A DNA stretch of 63,806 nucleotides, the filler included, from Reclinomonas americana ATCC 50394 (taxonomy: Eukaryota), in assembly GCA_048213135.1 (NCBI GenBank). It is 7 parts of 5 records of this genome, joined end to end, with 100 filler letters (N's around TTAATTAATTAA, not from the genome) between each part and the next. Parts side by side here need not be neighbours in the genome. Positions count along the whole stretch, not along the records: positions 23,421 to 32,642 come from PS015693.1; positions 32,743 to 40,080 come from PS015693.1; 5 more parts are not named here. One strand, written 5' to 3'. Numbering within the stretch: position 1 is the first letter of the stretch; each line of letters begins with the position of its first letter. This document shows positions 25,296 to 38,700 of the stretch, piece by piece. The notes under the pieces are model-generated. The model worked only from the letters and a program-made list of their open reading frames with translations, ran no database searches and was not told the origin of the DNA. Both the position numbers and the translations under genes were made by a program.

Positions 25296-28200
25296 CTATG
25301 CCAAACGCGCATAACCCGCCATGCGAGCGCACAGCACCACCAGAGCCAAGCACGCGGTGTAGCCAATGACGGAGCCAATCACTAGGTTTCGCACGGCAAA
25401 GCTGCGGGTACACAGGAAAAGTCAGTACGTGAGCTTGTTGATGAAGAGCAAAAGATGCGACGCAACGAGTACACCTGCTCGCCAGTCACGGCCTCGTCAA
25501 CCAGCTGCACATAGAGTGGCGCATCAGTGGCGGGCGCCCGCGCCGGATTGTTAAAGGCAATCTGTCGCACGGCCGAGTCAAACATGCGAATGTCGTCGGC
25601 ATTGCTCTTGACGAAGCTGATGGTGGCCGCTGCCATGGCCGACGGGGGGTTGCGCAAGCGGTTGATGCAGGGGCTGTCGGAGGAGGTGCACGCATTGGCG
25701 CTAGCGGTGCGCTCCTGCGGGGAAGAGGGGGAAGGGAGGGGGAGGGTGGGGAAGAGGGGGAAGGAGGGGGAAGGGAGGGGGAGGGTGGGGAAGGAGGGGG
25801 AAGGAGGGGAGGAGGGAGGAGGAGGGAAGGGAGGGAGAGGAGGGAGAGAGAGGGAGAGAGGGGGAAAGGAGGGGGAAAGGAGGGGGAAGAGAAGGGGAAG
25901 AGAATGAGGGAGAGCAAGGGAGAAGAGAAAGGGGACAGGAGGGGGAAAGGAGGGGGAAGAGAGGGGGAAGGAGGGGGATGGAGACGGGCACCGGAAGGGG
26001 GACGAGCACAGGGGAATGAGCAACAAGGGAAGAGCATGGGAGGAGCGCACGGGGGGAGCAGGGGGGGAGGGCATGGAGGGTATGGGGGGAGCGCAAAGGG
26101 GGAAGAGCAACGGGGGAGGTGAAGGGGAAAGGATGAAAACGGAAGGATATGGGAGGAAAAGGAAGCACACAAGGAGATGGAAGAGAAGAGAGGGGCGGAG
26201 AATGGAGGAGAAGGGAGGAAAATAGAAACAGGAAGAGAAGAGACACGAGAATCAGATCTACCTCATCTCTCGCTCCCAGTCACGCTCTCATCTTCGACTT
26301 CTTCTCTGGTTCTCGTTTCTCGTGCTTTCTTTCCTTTGCATTCTTTGTCTCCCTTGCCCCCTCTTTCCTTCGGACAAACTCACCTCCTGACACACAGCAT
26401 ACACCTGTACGCACACCAAACACACAAGAGTTATAATCAGCTTCCATGCCTCCTGCACCCAACAACCGCCACGCAACAAGCACTTGATCATTGTTGGCCA
26501 TGGACGACGCGCTGGTGAACAGCGGAGCGGCGCACCACGAATTGTACCTGCTCGAGCACTCTCCTTGTCAGCACGTCTAATAGACACGCCAAGTTCACTG
26601 GTGATCATTTGACGCAACAGCTTTGTGCCCTTATTGGAGCCGGCATACTCTGAGAAGCCATACATGCCGGCCACGTCGACCGCCGGGGTCTGTTGCAGTG
26701 TCCACACATTGGCCTGTGCCGCGAGCCACGTCGCATAGGCCTCGGGGACCGTCACCTTCTCTGCCAGTGGCTTCCAGTCCCCGACCACCGTGTAGTACTG
26801 GAAGTCTGCGCACAGACCAGCGTATGAGAACCAAGATACCACCAGCAGTAAAGTGATGTGACAACAAAACACAAGTAACTGTGTCCCGCGACGCCGCCGA
26901 CCGACAGCGCCGTGGCAAATGCCACCACCGCAAGAAGCAGGAATGGGTAGCCAGACTTGCCCGGCAGGCAGCAGAAGTAGAGCAGGGAGAGGGCGATCCA
27001 GAACAGCGTTCCAGGAAGACCAAAAATGACCATGGCGATCGGAGGACTCATTCTGTTCGACAACTGAATGAGCGACGGAGAGAGGAAATGGAGAGGGAGA
27101 GGCACTCACCGAGTGCAGGTCACAATCAGTGCCGCCTGCACTGCCATCATCACGAGCACATACAGCACGAGCAGCATGGCGGTGCAGGGTACACGCCACG
27201 TGCACGTGTAGGTGGGCGGCGGTGGCGGCTGGTACACGAATGGAGCAGGCGGACTTTGGGGGAAAGAGTGAGTCGGCGGCGTGGAAAACAGATTACAACT
27301 GGCGTGCATTCGGGCGCAACATCACGGGGACCGCCACGGCCTTGATATAGAGTGGATCCGGGGCGCGGTAGAATGGAACTGGAGCAATGGCCGGTGCACG
27401 TGGCGCAGCGGCGCCAGCTGAGGCCACTGAGGAATAGTCCACGCTCACCGTGTAGTCGTCGGGGTTGGCACTGTGGGAGAGGGTGGGGAAGGAGTGAGAG
27501 GCAAGGAGAAGGAAGAAGAGAGGAGAGAGGAGAGATGGAAGAGAAGAGAGGAGAGGGAGAGGGCAGGGAGAAGGAAAAAGAGAGGGAAAACAGAGGGAGG
27601 GAAAGAGTGAGAAGGAAGAAGACAGGGAGTGGGAGGGAGAAGGAGGAAGAGAAGAGAGGAGAGGAGAGAGAGGGGAAGGCAAGACAGGCAGGATGCAGAG
27701 CACTGCACTTGGCTTTTTTCTGCTTCTACGTTATTCAAGCGTTGCGAGGCACGGACAGTGGCAGCGCGCGAGAGAGAGAGATAAAGAGAAAGACTGAAAC
27801 AGGCAAGGAGCAATTCTGTGGACCGTTTCTCTCTGCCTCACTCCAGTCGCTGTGACATACGAGCAGTGCACGAGAGGAAGGGAGAAAGATAGAGAGAGAG
27901 AGAGAAAGTGCATTTGAGGAAAGACTGAGAAAAACAAGGAACTAAGTTGTGTAATTCTTTTCGACGGTGAACGACAGAGAGACAGGAGGCAAGAAAGCGA
28001 GTTGAGGCACGACTGAAAGAGCAGGGAACTCCCCAGTCGCTGCGAGGCACAGACTGTGAACGACAGAGAGAGAGAGAGAAGAGGCAAGACTTTAACAAGC
28101 AAGGAACTATTCTGCGGACCGTTTCTCTCTGCCTCACTCCAGTCGCTGCGAGGCACGGGTAGTGAACGAAAAAACGGAGAGAGAAAGAGTGAGAGAGAGC

Positions 28201-28810
28201 AAGTAAACGAGTGGAGGCACGACTGAAAAAGCAGGGACTCTCAGTCGCTGCGAGGTATAGACAGAGAGAGAGAAAGAGTGCTGAGCTTTGCCCCTCTCCC
28301 TCATCCCTCCCTCCCTCTTCCGTCCCCCCTCTCTCTCTCCCTCTTGCCACGCAACTCCTCATCCTCCGCCATGACAGCGGCGGCCGCCGGCGTGCAAAAC
28401 CCCGCATGCGACGTGTCCATAATGCCGGCCTCCGCCACCAAGTTATTATGCTGCGCCTCCTGTCCCGGCACCGCTCGCACCACCAACAGTGCATCGTTGA
28501 AGAGGCGGCACAGCAGGTCTTGCAGGCGCACCGCCGGGATCTCCACGCCAAACGTGTCGCGCAAGTCCAGTGAGAGCTCTGCGCTCGTGTGAACGCCGCC
28601 GCGAGAGCACACAAGCAGGAGGCGATCAATGATCTGTGTTGGTGGGAGCAGGAGAGGGAGAGAGAGAGAGAGAGCAGGAGAGGGAGAGGAGGGAGAGGGA
28701 GAGGGAGTGTCGACACGTGAGAGATCAAACAGGCGATCATGGTGTTGTGCGAATGAGCAAGGGAGTGGCATGTCGATAACTTCAATGTCGGAGATCTGAG
28801 AGTCGGCCAT
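25296..28810 (-). CDS. Uncharacterised multi-exon multipass membrane protein
   Basis: Exons ~28717-28810, 28356-28633, 27301-27470, ~27109-27254, 26881-27052, ~26547-26805, ~25474-25714, 25296-25402. Hydrophobic helices AMLLVLYVLVMMAVQAALIV, IAMVIFGLPGTLFWIALSLLYFCC, YPFLLLAVVAFATALSVGG and a terminal LVIGSVIGYTACLALVVLCA. Confidence 0.55.
27740..28280. repeat. Intronic degenerate tandem duplication blocks
   Basis: TTCTG(T/C)GGACCGTTTCTCTCTGCCTCACTCCAGTCGCTG occurs at ~27814 and ~28110. GAGGCACGACTGAAA..AGCAGGGA..CAGTCGCTGCGAGG occurs at ~28004 and ~28214. Confidence 0.7.
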
Positions 28811-30257
28811 CGTGTGTGTGCACAGTGCCCTTGTCTCCGCTCAGCAGAGGTGCGAGAAGGAAAAGAGTGAACGGCGGGACAGCAGCGTGCGAATCGCGCG
28901 GTCGTGGAAAGACGCATTGGATTGGGGACCAGGAATAGANNNNNNNNNNNNNNNNNNNNNNNNNNNNNNNNNNNNNNNNNNNNNNNNNNNNNNNNNNNNN
29001 NNNNNNNNNNNNNNNNNNNNNNNNNNNNNNNNNNNNNNNNNNNNNNNNNNNNNNNNNNNNNNNNNNNNNNNNNNNNNNNNNNNNNNNNNNNNNNNNNNNN
29101 NNNNNNNNNNNNNNNNNNNNNNNNNNNNNNNNNNNNNNNNNNNNNNNNNNNNNNNNNNNNNNNNNNNNNNNNNNNNNNNNNNNNNNNNNNNNNNNNNNNN
29201 NNNNNNNNNNNNNNNNNNNNNNNNNNNNNNNNNNNNNNNNNNNNNNNNNNNNNNNNNNNNNNNNNNNNNNNNNNNNNNNNNNNNNNNNNNNNNNNNNNNN
29301 NNNNNNNNNNNNNNNNNNNNNNNNNNNNNNNNNNNNNNNNNNNNNNNNNNNNNNNNNNNNNNNNNNNNNNNNNNNNNNNNNNNNNNNNNNNNNNNNNNNN
29401 NNNNNNNNNNNNNNNNNNNNNNNNNNNNNNNNNNNNNNNNNNNNNNNNNNNNNNNNNNNNNNNNNNNNNNNNNNNNNNNNNNNNNNNNNNNNNNNNNNNN
29501 NNNNNNNNNNNNNNNNNNNNNNNNNNNNNNNNNNNNNNNNNNNNNNNNNNNNNNNNNNNNNNNNNNNNNNNNNNNNNNNNNNNNNNNNNNNNNNNNNNNN
29601 NNNNNNNNNNNNNNNNNNNNNNNNNNNNNNNNNNNNNNNNNNNNNNNNNNNNNNNNNNNNNNNNNNNNNNNNNNNNNNNNNNNNNNNNNNNNNNNNNNNN
29701 NNNNNNNNNNNNNNNNNNNNNNNNNNNNNNNNNNNNNNNNNNNNNNNNNNNNNNNNNNNNNNNNNNNNNNNNNNNNNNNNNNNNNNNNNNNNNNNNNNNN
29801 NNNNCCCACACATGAACGCTCACAGTCACCAGCTGGATGGAGGAGAGGCACTAACCAAACACATCGATCCGCTGGGAGTGATCTCGCACGATACGTACGT
29901 ACTTTGCTGTGGGTGCCCTCGTCTCCTCTCCTCCCTTTTTCTCGCATCTTCTCTTTCCACTTCTCCCCCCTCTCTTATCTTATCTCATCTCTCTTCTCCT
30001 CTTGATCACATGCACACTTACCGATCAATTGCAAGGGTTGAGGGTGGAGGAGAGACACTGATTGCACGCGTATACGCACACATCGATCAAGGGTTGAGGG
30101 TGGAGGGCGAGAGACGACAGAGAATACTCAGAGCAGGACGGTTACGATGCGACGAGCGAGCGGAGGGAAAGACAAACAACAACGCAGATATTCGTCATCC
30201 AGTGGCGGACGAACTAGATTCTCCGCAATCAATAAGTGCAATTCTCGCACTTGAACA

Positions 30258-31806
30258 ATGTCTGCGAAGAAAAACACTTCATTCGCTGAGACGATGACTC
30301 GGCTTGTGGAGTGGGCTGCCAAGGAAGGCCTGGGGAACCCCGCTGCCGTTGAGCCGCACGTCGCTCAGTGCGTCTGTGAGTTCACTGAGCTGTATACATA
30401 TACGGTGCGGATGACCCAGAGTCGGCTCTGCCGGCGGCAGTGGTACACGCCATGACCCTTATGAAGATGGGAGAGCACGGGCGCGCCTTGCCAATTCTTG
30501 AAGACTCGCTGGCACGCTGTCGTCGTGTGTCAGGTGATGATCGTCGAGACACACTGACCATGGCGTCTGTATTGGGCCACGTACTCTTCGAGCTCGGTCG
30601 CTTTGACGAGGCCGTCGCACTCCTTCGCGACACTGTGGAACGCATGGAGCGAGTGCTGCCGAGGGACAGCAGTGATTCGCTGAGCACCATGTACAGTCTC
30701 ACTCGTTCTCTGGCCAAGTGTGGCCATCATGAGGAGGCCGTCTGCATTGGTCGTGCTCTGGTACAGCGAGGGCGTCGAGTGCTTGGAGAGGACGATAAGG
30801 AGACGCTTGCAAGCGCGCACTTGCTTGGCGCTGAACTCAGCAATGCTGGCGGCGTGGACAACTTGGAGGAGGCAGTGCGGCTGTTGGAAGACACGCTGGA
30901 GCGCCGTCGACGAGTGCTGGGCGTCGGTCACACGGACACGCGCGGCACTGCCGATGTGCTCGAGACTGCTCGCTTGCGTCGTGCAAATCCCCCTGCTGCA
31001 GGTTTGTCTTTTGTACACGTAACTGTACTGGGGCACGCCGGCGCCTTGTTGGCACTCACCACGACCATGCTTGTATTGTATGTATCACCGCAGTGCGCCT
31101 TGATGCGGCCGCTGCGCGATTGAAAGAAGCGGATTGCCTCGTCAAGGCGACAGAATATGCTGCTGCAGAGCCACTCTTTGCTCAGTGTGTATGCGACTTC
31201 ACGGAGCTGCTCGCTGCGGATGATCCGATCGCGAAGTGGACACTCTTTGCTGCGTTTCGTCGCTCTTTTTGTCTTTTTCGTATGGACGAGTTCGAGCTCT
31301 TGCTGCCTATCGCCGAGGACACGCTTGCGCGTCGTCGTCGTGTGTCAGGTGATGATCATGGTGACACACTGGCCATGGCGTCTGTATTGGGCCACGTACT
31401 CTTCCAGCTCGGTCGCTTTGACGAGGCCATCGCGCTCCTGCGCGACACCCTGGAGCGCATGGAGCGAGTGCTGCCGAGGGACGACAGTAATACGCTGAGC
31501 ACCATGCACAGTCTCACTCGTTCTCTGGCCAAGTGTGGCCATCATAAGGAGGCCGTCTGCATTGGTCGTGCTCTGGTACAGCGAAGGCGTCAATTGCTTG
31601 GCGAGGACGATCCGCTGACGCTAAAGAGTGCGTACGTGCTTGGCGCTGAGCTTGGCAATGCTGGCGGCGTGGGCAACTTGGAGGAGGCAATTCGGCTTTT
31701 GAAGGCCACGCTAGAGAGTTGTCGACGAGTGCTGGGTGCGGATCATCTGACCACCCGACTCACAGAGTTTGCACTTAACGCTGCACATCAGCAGGTCAGT
31801 GAGTGA
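30258..31806 (+). CDS. TPR protein (kinesin-light-chain-like TPR_10/12 repeats) made of two internally duplicated units; frameshift near 30393-30400
   Basis: Repeats of the type LEDTLARRRRVSGDDHGDTLAMASVLG and RRRVLGVGHTDT. ORFs 30440-31123 and 31093-31806 are joined in phase by a GT-AG intron at 31002-31093. The first unit has 8 extra nt (TATACATA) compared with the second unit (ACGGAGCTGCTCGCTGCGGATGATCCG). Confidence 0.75.
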
Positions 31807-32276
31807 CCTCGTTCTGTAATGAACTTCACCTCTGTGTTCAGAACAAAGCTTCTTTGGCCTTTTTCCCGAATCCAACGTGCCGTGCACGATCGTAGAAAAC
31901 GCTATGCAAGTGCGTCAAATTCACTGGTTGAAGATCGCAGTTCTCGACTTGTTCGGAGCTCCGAGAGCGAACACACACACACACACACACACACAAGAAA
32001 CCTGTTGCTGCCTCAAGATTGGTGTCAGGTGAGTGAGAGAGAATGAATGCGAGGAGGATGGGTGTGTAAAGCAAGCACTTCATGGATGGTCCAAACAACG
32101 GGGTGCATACATTGCGAGCTCGATGGAGGAAGGACAGGGGAGGAGGAGGAAAAGGGCGATGTGAGTGATTCAAACAAGGTACACAGACGAACACGCACAT
32201 GCGAGATGATGAGCACTCCAAGAAGGAAGAGAGAGAGCGAAAGAAGAGAAGAGAAGAGGAAAAGCGAAACTGATGA

Positions 32277-32469
32277 TGTTAGATCTTTTGTTCCCTACCC
32301 ATCTTTCTATACCTTCCCCTAGTAGTGTGACTTTTGTAGTTGTTCTCTACCCCTTTACCCTTGACCCCTTACCCTTGCTCCGTCGAGAAACCCGTCACCC
32401 GGTCACCAGGGGCCATTCTTGTTGTGACCGTCAATGAAGAAATCTGGGTAGGGAACAAAAGTTCCAACA
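32277..32469. mobile_element. 193-bp non-autonomous TIR element (MITE) with TGTT...AACA ends, 25-bp TIRs and a 4-bp TSD (ATGA)
   Basis: Left TIR TGTTAGATCTTTTGTTCCCTACCCA (32277-32301). The reverse complement of the right TIR is TGTTGGAACTTTTGTTCCCTACCCA (32445-32469), 2 mismatches. ATGA at 32273-32276 and 32470-32473. The paralogous empty site CGAAACTG-ATGA-GGGTGTTGATC is at ~33081-33103. Confidence 0.88.
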
Positions 32470-32560
32470 ATGAGGGTGTTGATCAATCACGTCACACATG
32501 CGGTGCACTCACACGAATCAATGACACACGTACACATGAGACGATCCTCACTCAGTGGAG

Positions 32561-32604
<44 letters not shown>

Positions 32605-32742
32605 GAGAGAGAGAGAGAGAGAGAGGAGGAGGAGAGAGAGAGNNNNNNNNNNNNNNNNNNNNNNNNNNNNNNNNNNNNNNNNNNNNTTAATTAATTAANN
32701 NNNNNNNNNNNNNNNNNNNNNNNNNNNNNNNNNNNNNNNNNN

Positions 32743-35700
32743 GAGAGTAGAATCAGGACGGAGAGGCACACACGGGAAATGAAGACAGGGAACACATGTG
32801 AAAACAATGCAAGACAACAGGCAAAGAGTGAGAGAGAGGCGCACGCATGCGGAAAGAGTAGGATGAGAGGAGAATGTGAGTGAATGACAAAGGATGCGAG
32901 GAGGATAAGCAGCAAGCACGCACGAGATACGGGAGGTGAGGGGAGGAGGAAGAAGAAGAGGGCGATGTGAGTGACTCACACCACGGATGCGATTCGCTCA
33001 AGGCACACAGACAAGCACGCACACGCGAGATGATGAGCACTCCAAGAAGGAAGAGGGAGAGAGAGAGAAGACAGAGAATGCGAAACTGATGAGGGTGTTG
33101 ATCAATCACGTCACGCATGCGCGGTGCGGTCACACGAATCAATGACACGCATACATACACGCCGAGGAGGGAGAAAAGAGAGAGGAGAGAACAGAGAGCG
33201 CGAGAATGTGACGCAGATGGGCGTGAAAATCAATCGCATCCAGAATGCAGCTGCAGCGCGCACAGGCAAATCAACGAGACGCACGCGCACACACGCAGCA
33301 ATGTTCACTCAGAGGAGGAAAAAGAAGAGGGTGAGAGAGGAAAGGGGAGAAGGAATCATGTCTGCGATCAATTCAGAAGAATTCTCTCTCTCTCTTTCTC
33401 ACTCACTCTCTCGCTCTCTCTCTCTCTCTCTCTCCCGCACACACACACACACACACACACCTTTCATGCAACAACAAATCGAACATGAGTCCTTTTCGCC
33501 TCCCGCGTCCCTGTTTCGCTCACACCCAGCACTCTCTTCCTCACTCATCCATGACACGTGGCACAGCAGGCGACCATCAAAACACGGGCGTGCTGCAGAA
33601 AGAAAGATACGTCAGGTGTCCTGCATGACATTAATCTCACAAGCACAACGTACACCGCAACGAGAACAAGCCGACTGTCTGTGTGAGACGTGTGTGCAAC
33701 AAGGTACATCGTGCTGAAGAGCGAGAAGAGAAGCCAAGAACTGCGACGAGAAGATGTCGGTGAGCTGTATTGATTGAGTGGGGGGACGCTTGCTTCTCTC
33801 TGTGTCTTCTCTCTCATCGCTTGTCGCTCACTGCCTTGTGTGTGCACAGTTTTCTGTGAATGTGAGTGCGGCGCATGATTCATCGCTGTCGGTGGTGGTG
33901 GAGGGCATGTCGGGCATGTCCACTCTCGCGGACTTGCTGCGCGAGGCCACACGCTTGCTGCGTGAGAAGAGTGGAGATGGGGAGATGGAGATTGTGGGAG
34001 TGGAAAAGCCTGTGTCATATGACCTGACGCACGCCAGCGGCGTGCCGCTGTGTGCGCTGGGCATCAACTCATCCACTCATCTTGTTGTCTGTCTGACACT
34101 TGGCATGGCGCTGCAGTCGAGTGGAGGAAGTGAGAGTGGAAGGTATGTATGTCTGGGATGTGGAATCTTCTCTCTGTGCGCAAAGCATGCAGCTCACTCT
34201 CATGTCTTCGCACAGCAACTCGGATCGAGTGACGCGGTTTGTTTCGACTGTGTCCTCCTTTCTCCCTTCGTGTTCTTCACTCGGCATGAGTCTGATTGTG
34301 TTTGTATGCACGCACAGCATGATCAACTCGCAGCGCATCAACATGGCCTTTGATGTGGTGGAGGAGGCCGTGCGTCTGCAATGTCAGCGTGCACTGGCGC
34401 AGTTCAGTCGCGACCACCCCGACTTTGATGTGCGGGCGTGGGTGCCGAGATTCACGCCTGCCGGCATGGATGCGGCGGCGGTGAAGGGATGGCGTGAGTG
34501 TCATGCTCCACTCCATCCTGGTCGAGTCAAGTTGTTTGAGGAGAAGCAGCCGGCGATGTTGGCCTGGCGCGATGCATACGACGTCGACCCCTCGTCCGAC
34601 CCCACGTGTGACGGTTTTGACACGACTGCGCTCTCCTCTATCATGCTATATGGTGGCTTTGTGCACAGTGACGGTCGCAAGCTTCTGCTGATTGACGATA
34701 CTGATGAGCGGAAGGCAGTGGAGGAGCAGCATTCTGTCAGGAACAAGCTGAGACACGATGAGTTGCCGTTGACGGATGCCACTGTTCAGGAGTACCTTGA
34801 CGATGGCGGCATCTTCCGCTCTATCCTCTCTCGATTGCAACTGACGGCTGACGATCGGGCTCGACTCTTGGCTCGTGTCAGTGAGGCACGTCACGCCTGT
34901 CACATTGTTGACACATTCGAGGAGCGACTGCACCGACTGGCTGAGCGTGAGCTGTCATTCTATCAGCGCGACGAAAGTATGCGCAAGGACATGCAGATGT
35001 ATGTGCCGCTGTTGTGTTCCCGTGATCGCGACGTCTCGTCGAGAGACAACATGATGGATCTGTTGACGGAAGTGGATGTGTTCCTCTCTGACACCAACAC
35101 CACCCAGCGTGTGCTGGTGCTCTTTGGCAACAGTGGAGTCGGTCAAGACCACCACCATGTCGGTGCTGGCTGAGCGAGCATGGCGACAGTGGCAGACGCG
35201 AGAAAGTCGACGTGTGCCTGTGCGTGTGCCTCTTGGTGCTCTGCGCAATGCCGATGAGCGGCTGCTGGAAGAGGCACTGGAGCGACTGTCACCCGAGTTG
35301 GGATTGGAGTCGGATGTGCGACGGTTGAAGGAGGAACCACTACTGTTGTTGCTTGACGGGTACGATGAGCTGTATCGTGGTGTGAATCTGTTTGTCAAGA
35401 ATCAGCTGGATGTGTGTCGCGACGTAAAGGTGATTATCACCTGCCGTGGCGATTACGCACTGACGGTACTGGGTGGTGTGACACAGTATCGACGGTACTT
35501 TGCGCCGGTTGATGCACGAGGACAGTTGTGCATGCAGCAGCTGATGGAACGACACATTGCTCCTTTCAACAAGGAGCAGATTGAGGAGTACTTTGAGCGA
35601 CTGGTGCAAGTAGAAGGTGATGATGATGATGAAGAGCGATGGTCGACTGCCGAAGAGTACATTCGTGCACTGAAGAGTGTGCATGGACTGGATGCATTGG

Positions 35701-38700
35701 TGTCGAATCCATTCCTGTTGGCAGTGGTGGCTCATGTGTTGCCGCAGTTGGTAGCGAGTGGCGTGCAGCGACCGACTCGGTGCGATGTGTTTGACCGATT
35801 CATTCGATCGTGGATTGTAAGGGAGCAGGAGAGACAGACACGTCTCGGTGCGGAGCGTGTACCGAATGAAGAGACGTGTCTGGCGTTCTGTGAGGGACTG
35901 GCACGGTTGCTGCACGAGACGAATGTGGTGCGTGTGTCTGTGACGGAGAGTCAATCATGTGAGGATGATTTCGGTTGCGCGCCGCTCGACCTTCGACGAG
36001 TGGAGGAGGGACCATTTGATAAGTTCCTCGGTCCCAAGAATCAGCACGTACGAGTGTGCTGTCCGATTGTGCGTCGGTTCGGCACGAATCAGTGGGGTTT
36101 CGTGCATCTGTCTCTGCTCGAGCACTGTGTGGCACAGCATGTGTTTGCGTGGGAGACGTGGGATGAGAAGAGAAGGTTGACGATGCAAGATGTGCAGCGT
36201 CATGTGTTGGCAGTGCGTCCGCTGAACGACAGACCATCGTTGGTGGAGCAGATGGCCGAGGTGGTGCGACGGTCTCCTCGATTGCAAGCGAGACTGTGGG
36301 AGGTGATTGAGATGTCACGTGAAGTGGATGAGGAGCGAGTGGTGACGGCAGCCGCGAATGCTGCGACGGTGTTGTGTGTGGCAGAAGTGTCGTTCAGCGG
36401 ACGCGATCTGTCGTGTGTGCGAGTGAGGGGTGCGGATTTGAGGGATGCAGTGATGCACAGGACGGTGTGGAAGGGGGCGGATTTGCGTGGGGTTAACGTG
36501 TGCATGGCGTATGCAAGGGAGGCGGATTTCAGAGGGGCGGATGTGACGGATGTGAGGTGGCCGAGGAAGCCGTTGGTGGGGCACACCGGTGCGGTGCAGG
36601 CCGTTGCCGTCACTCCCGATGGGCAGCACATTGTGAGTGGCAGTGATGACAAGACTGTACGGTGTGGTCAGTGGCAAGTGGCAAGGAAGTGCGCCGACTG
36701 GAAGGGCACACGAGTGAGGTGCGTGCAGTGGCAGTCACACCCGATGGCCAGCACGTTGTGAGTGGCAGTGATGACAAAACTGTACGGGTGTGGTCAGTGG
36801 CAAGTGGCAAGGAAGTGCGCCGACTGGAAGGGCACACGAGTGAGGTGCGTGCAGTGGCAGTCACACCCGATGGTCAGCACATTGTGAGTGGCAGTGATGA
36901 CAAAACTGTACGGGTGTGGTCAGTGGCAAGTGGCAAGGAAGTGCGCCGACTGGAAGGCCACACTAAGTGGGTGTTTGCGGTGACAGTGACGCCGGATGGT
37001 CGGTACATTGTGAGTGGCAGTGTAGACGAGACTGTGCGGGTGTGGTCACTGGCTAGTGGCGAGGAGGTGCGACGGTTGGAAGGCCACACGAGTGGGGTGT
37101 GGGCAGTAGCAGTGACACCCGATGGCCAGCGCATTGTGAGTGGCAGTGATGACAATACTGTACGGGTGTGGTCGGTGGCAAGTGGCGAGGAGGTGCGCCG
37201 ACTGAAAGGCCACACGGGTTGGGTCTCATCTGTGGCAGTGACACCCGATGGCCAGCACATTGTGAGTGGCAGTCTGGACATGACTGTACGTGCGTGGTCG
37301 GTGACAAGTGGCGAGGAGGTGCGCCGACTGGAAGGCCACGCGAGTTCGGTGTTTGCAGTGGCAGTGACACCCGATGGCCAGCACATTGTGAGTGGTAGTC
37401 GGGACAATACTGTACGTGTGTGGTCGGTGGCAAGTGGCGAGGAGGTGCGCCGACTAGAAGGCCACACGAGTGTGGTGTATGCAGTGACAGTGACACCCGA
37501 TGGTCAGCACGTTGTGAGTGGCAGTGATGACCAAACTGTACGGGTGTGGTCGGTGGCAAGTGGCGAGGAGGTGCGCCGACTGGAAGGCCACACGAATGAG
37601 GTGCTGGCAGTGGCAGTGACACCCGATGGCCTGCACATTGTGAGTGGCAGTGGGACCATTGTGGGGTGTGGCAGTCGGGATAATACTGTACGGGTGTGGT
37701 CGGTGGCAAGTGGCGTGGAGATGCATCGACTGGAAGGCCACATGTGGCCGGTGAATGCAGTGGCAGTGACACCCGACGGCCAGCACATTGTGAGTGGCAG
37801 TCGGGACAATACTGTACGGGTGTGGTCGCTGGCAAGTGGCGAGGAGGTGCATCGAGTGGAAGGCCACACGAGTAACGTGGATGCGGTGGCAGTGACACCC
37901 GATGGCCAACACATTGTGAGTGGCAATTCGGACAAGACTGTACGGGTGTGGTCGATGGCAAGTGGCGAGGAGGTGCGCCGACTGAAAGGCCACACGGGAG
38001 GGGTGCATGCAGTGGCAGTGACACCCGACGGCCAGCACATTGTGAGTGGCAGTCGGGACAATACTGTACGGGTGTGGTCGATGGCAAGTGGCGAGGAGGT
38101 GCGCCGACTGGAAGGCCACACGAGTAACGTGAGTGCAGTGGCAGTGACACCCGATGGCCAACACATTGTGAGTGGCAGTTCGGACAAGACTGTACTGGTG
38201 TGGTCGCTGGCAAGTGGCGAGGAGGTGCACCGACTGGAAGGCCACACGAGTGGGGTGTGTGCAGTGGCAGTGTCACTCGATGGCCAGCACATTGTGAGTG
38301 GTAGTGGAGACGGGACTGTACGGGTGTGGTCGGTGGCAGGTGGCGAGGAGATGCGCCGACTGGAAGGACACACTAGTGAGGCGGGGGCAATGGCAGTGAC
38401 ACCCGATGGCCAGCACATTGTTCCACGGGAGAAGGAGATGTTATGCGTGCGCCGTCGTGATGGACTGCTCGAGCGCATCATCGGCTCCTTCCTTCCTGAT
38501 TTCACCGATGTAATTTGGTGACAATCACAACAGCGACCGTGTATGAACCCTCGAATGTAAACCAGCTTGTTTGTGATGAGGTCGTGCCAGATGTAAGAAC
38601 ACACATGTTATCGTCGCCCTCAACTTCTATGCCGTGTGTGCTGATTTACCATCACGAGGTACTCCACTCGTTACGCACTTTCTCTGATGGAAGAAACCTC

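Noticed and set aside
36570..38420. Regularly spaced repeats with variable inserts resembling a CRISPR array (also 46030-47850)
   Set aside because: The period is 126 nt, in frame, and encodes WD40 repeats; the variable parts are a few codons rather than unique spacers, and there are no cas genes.
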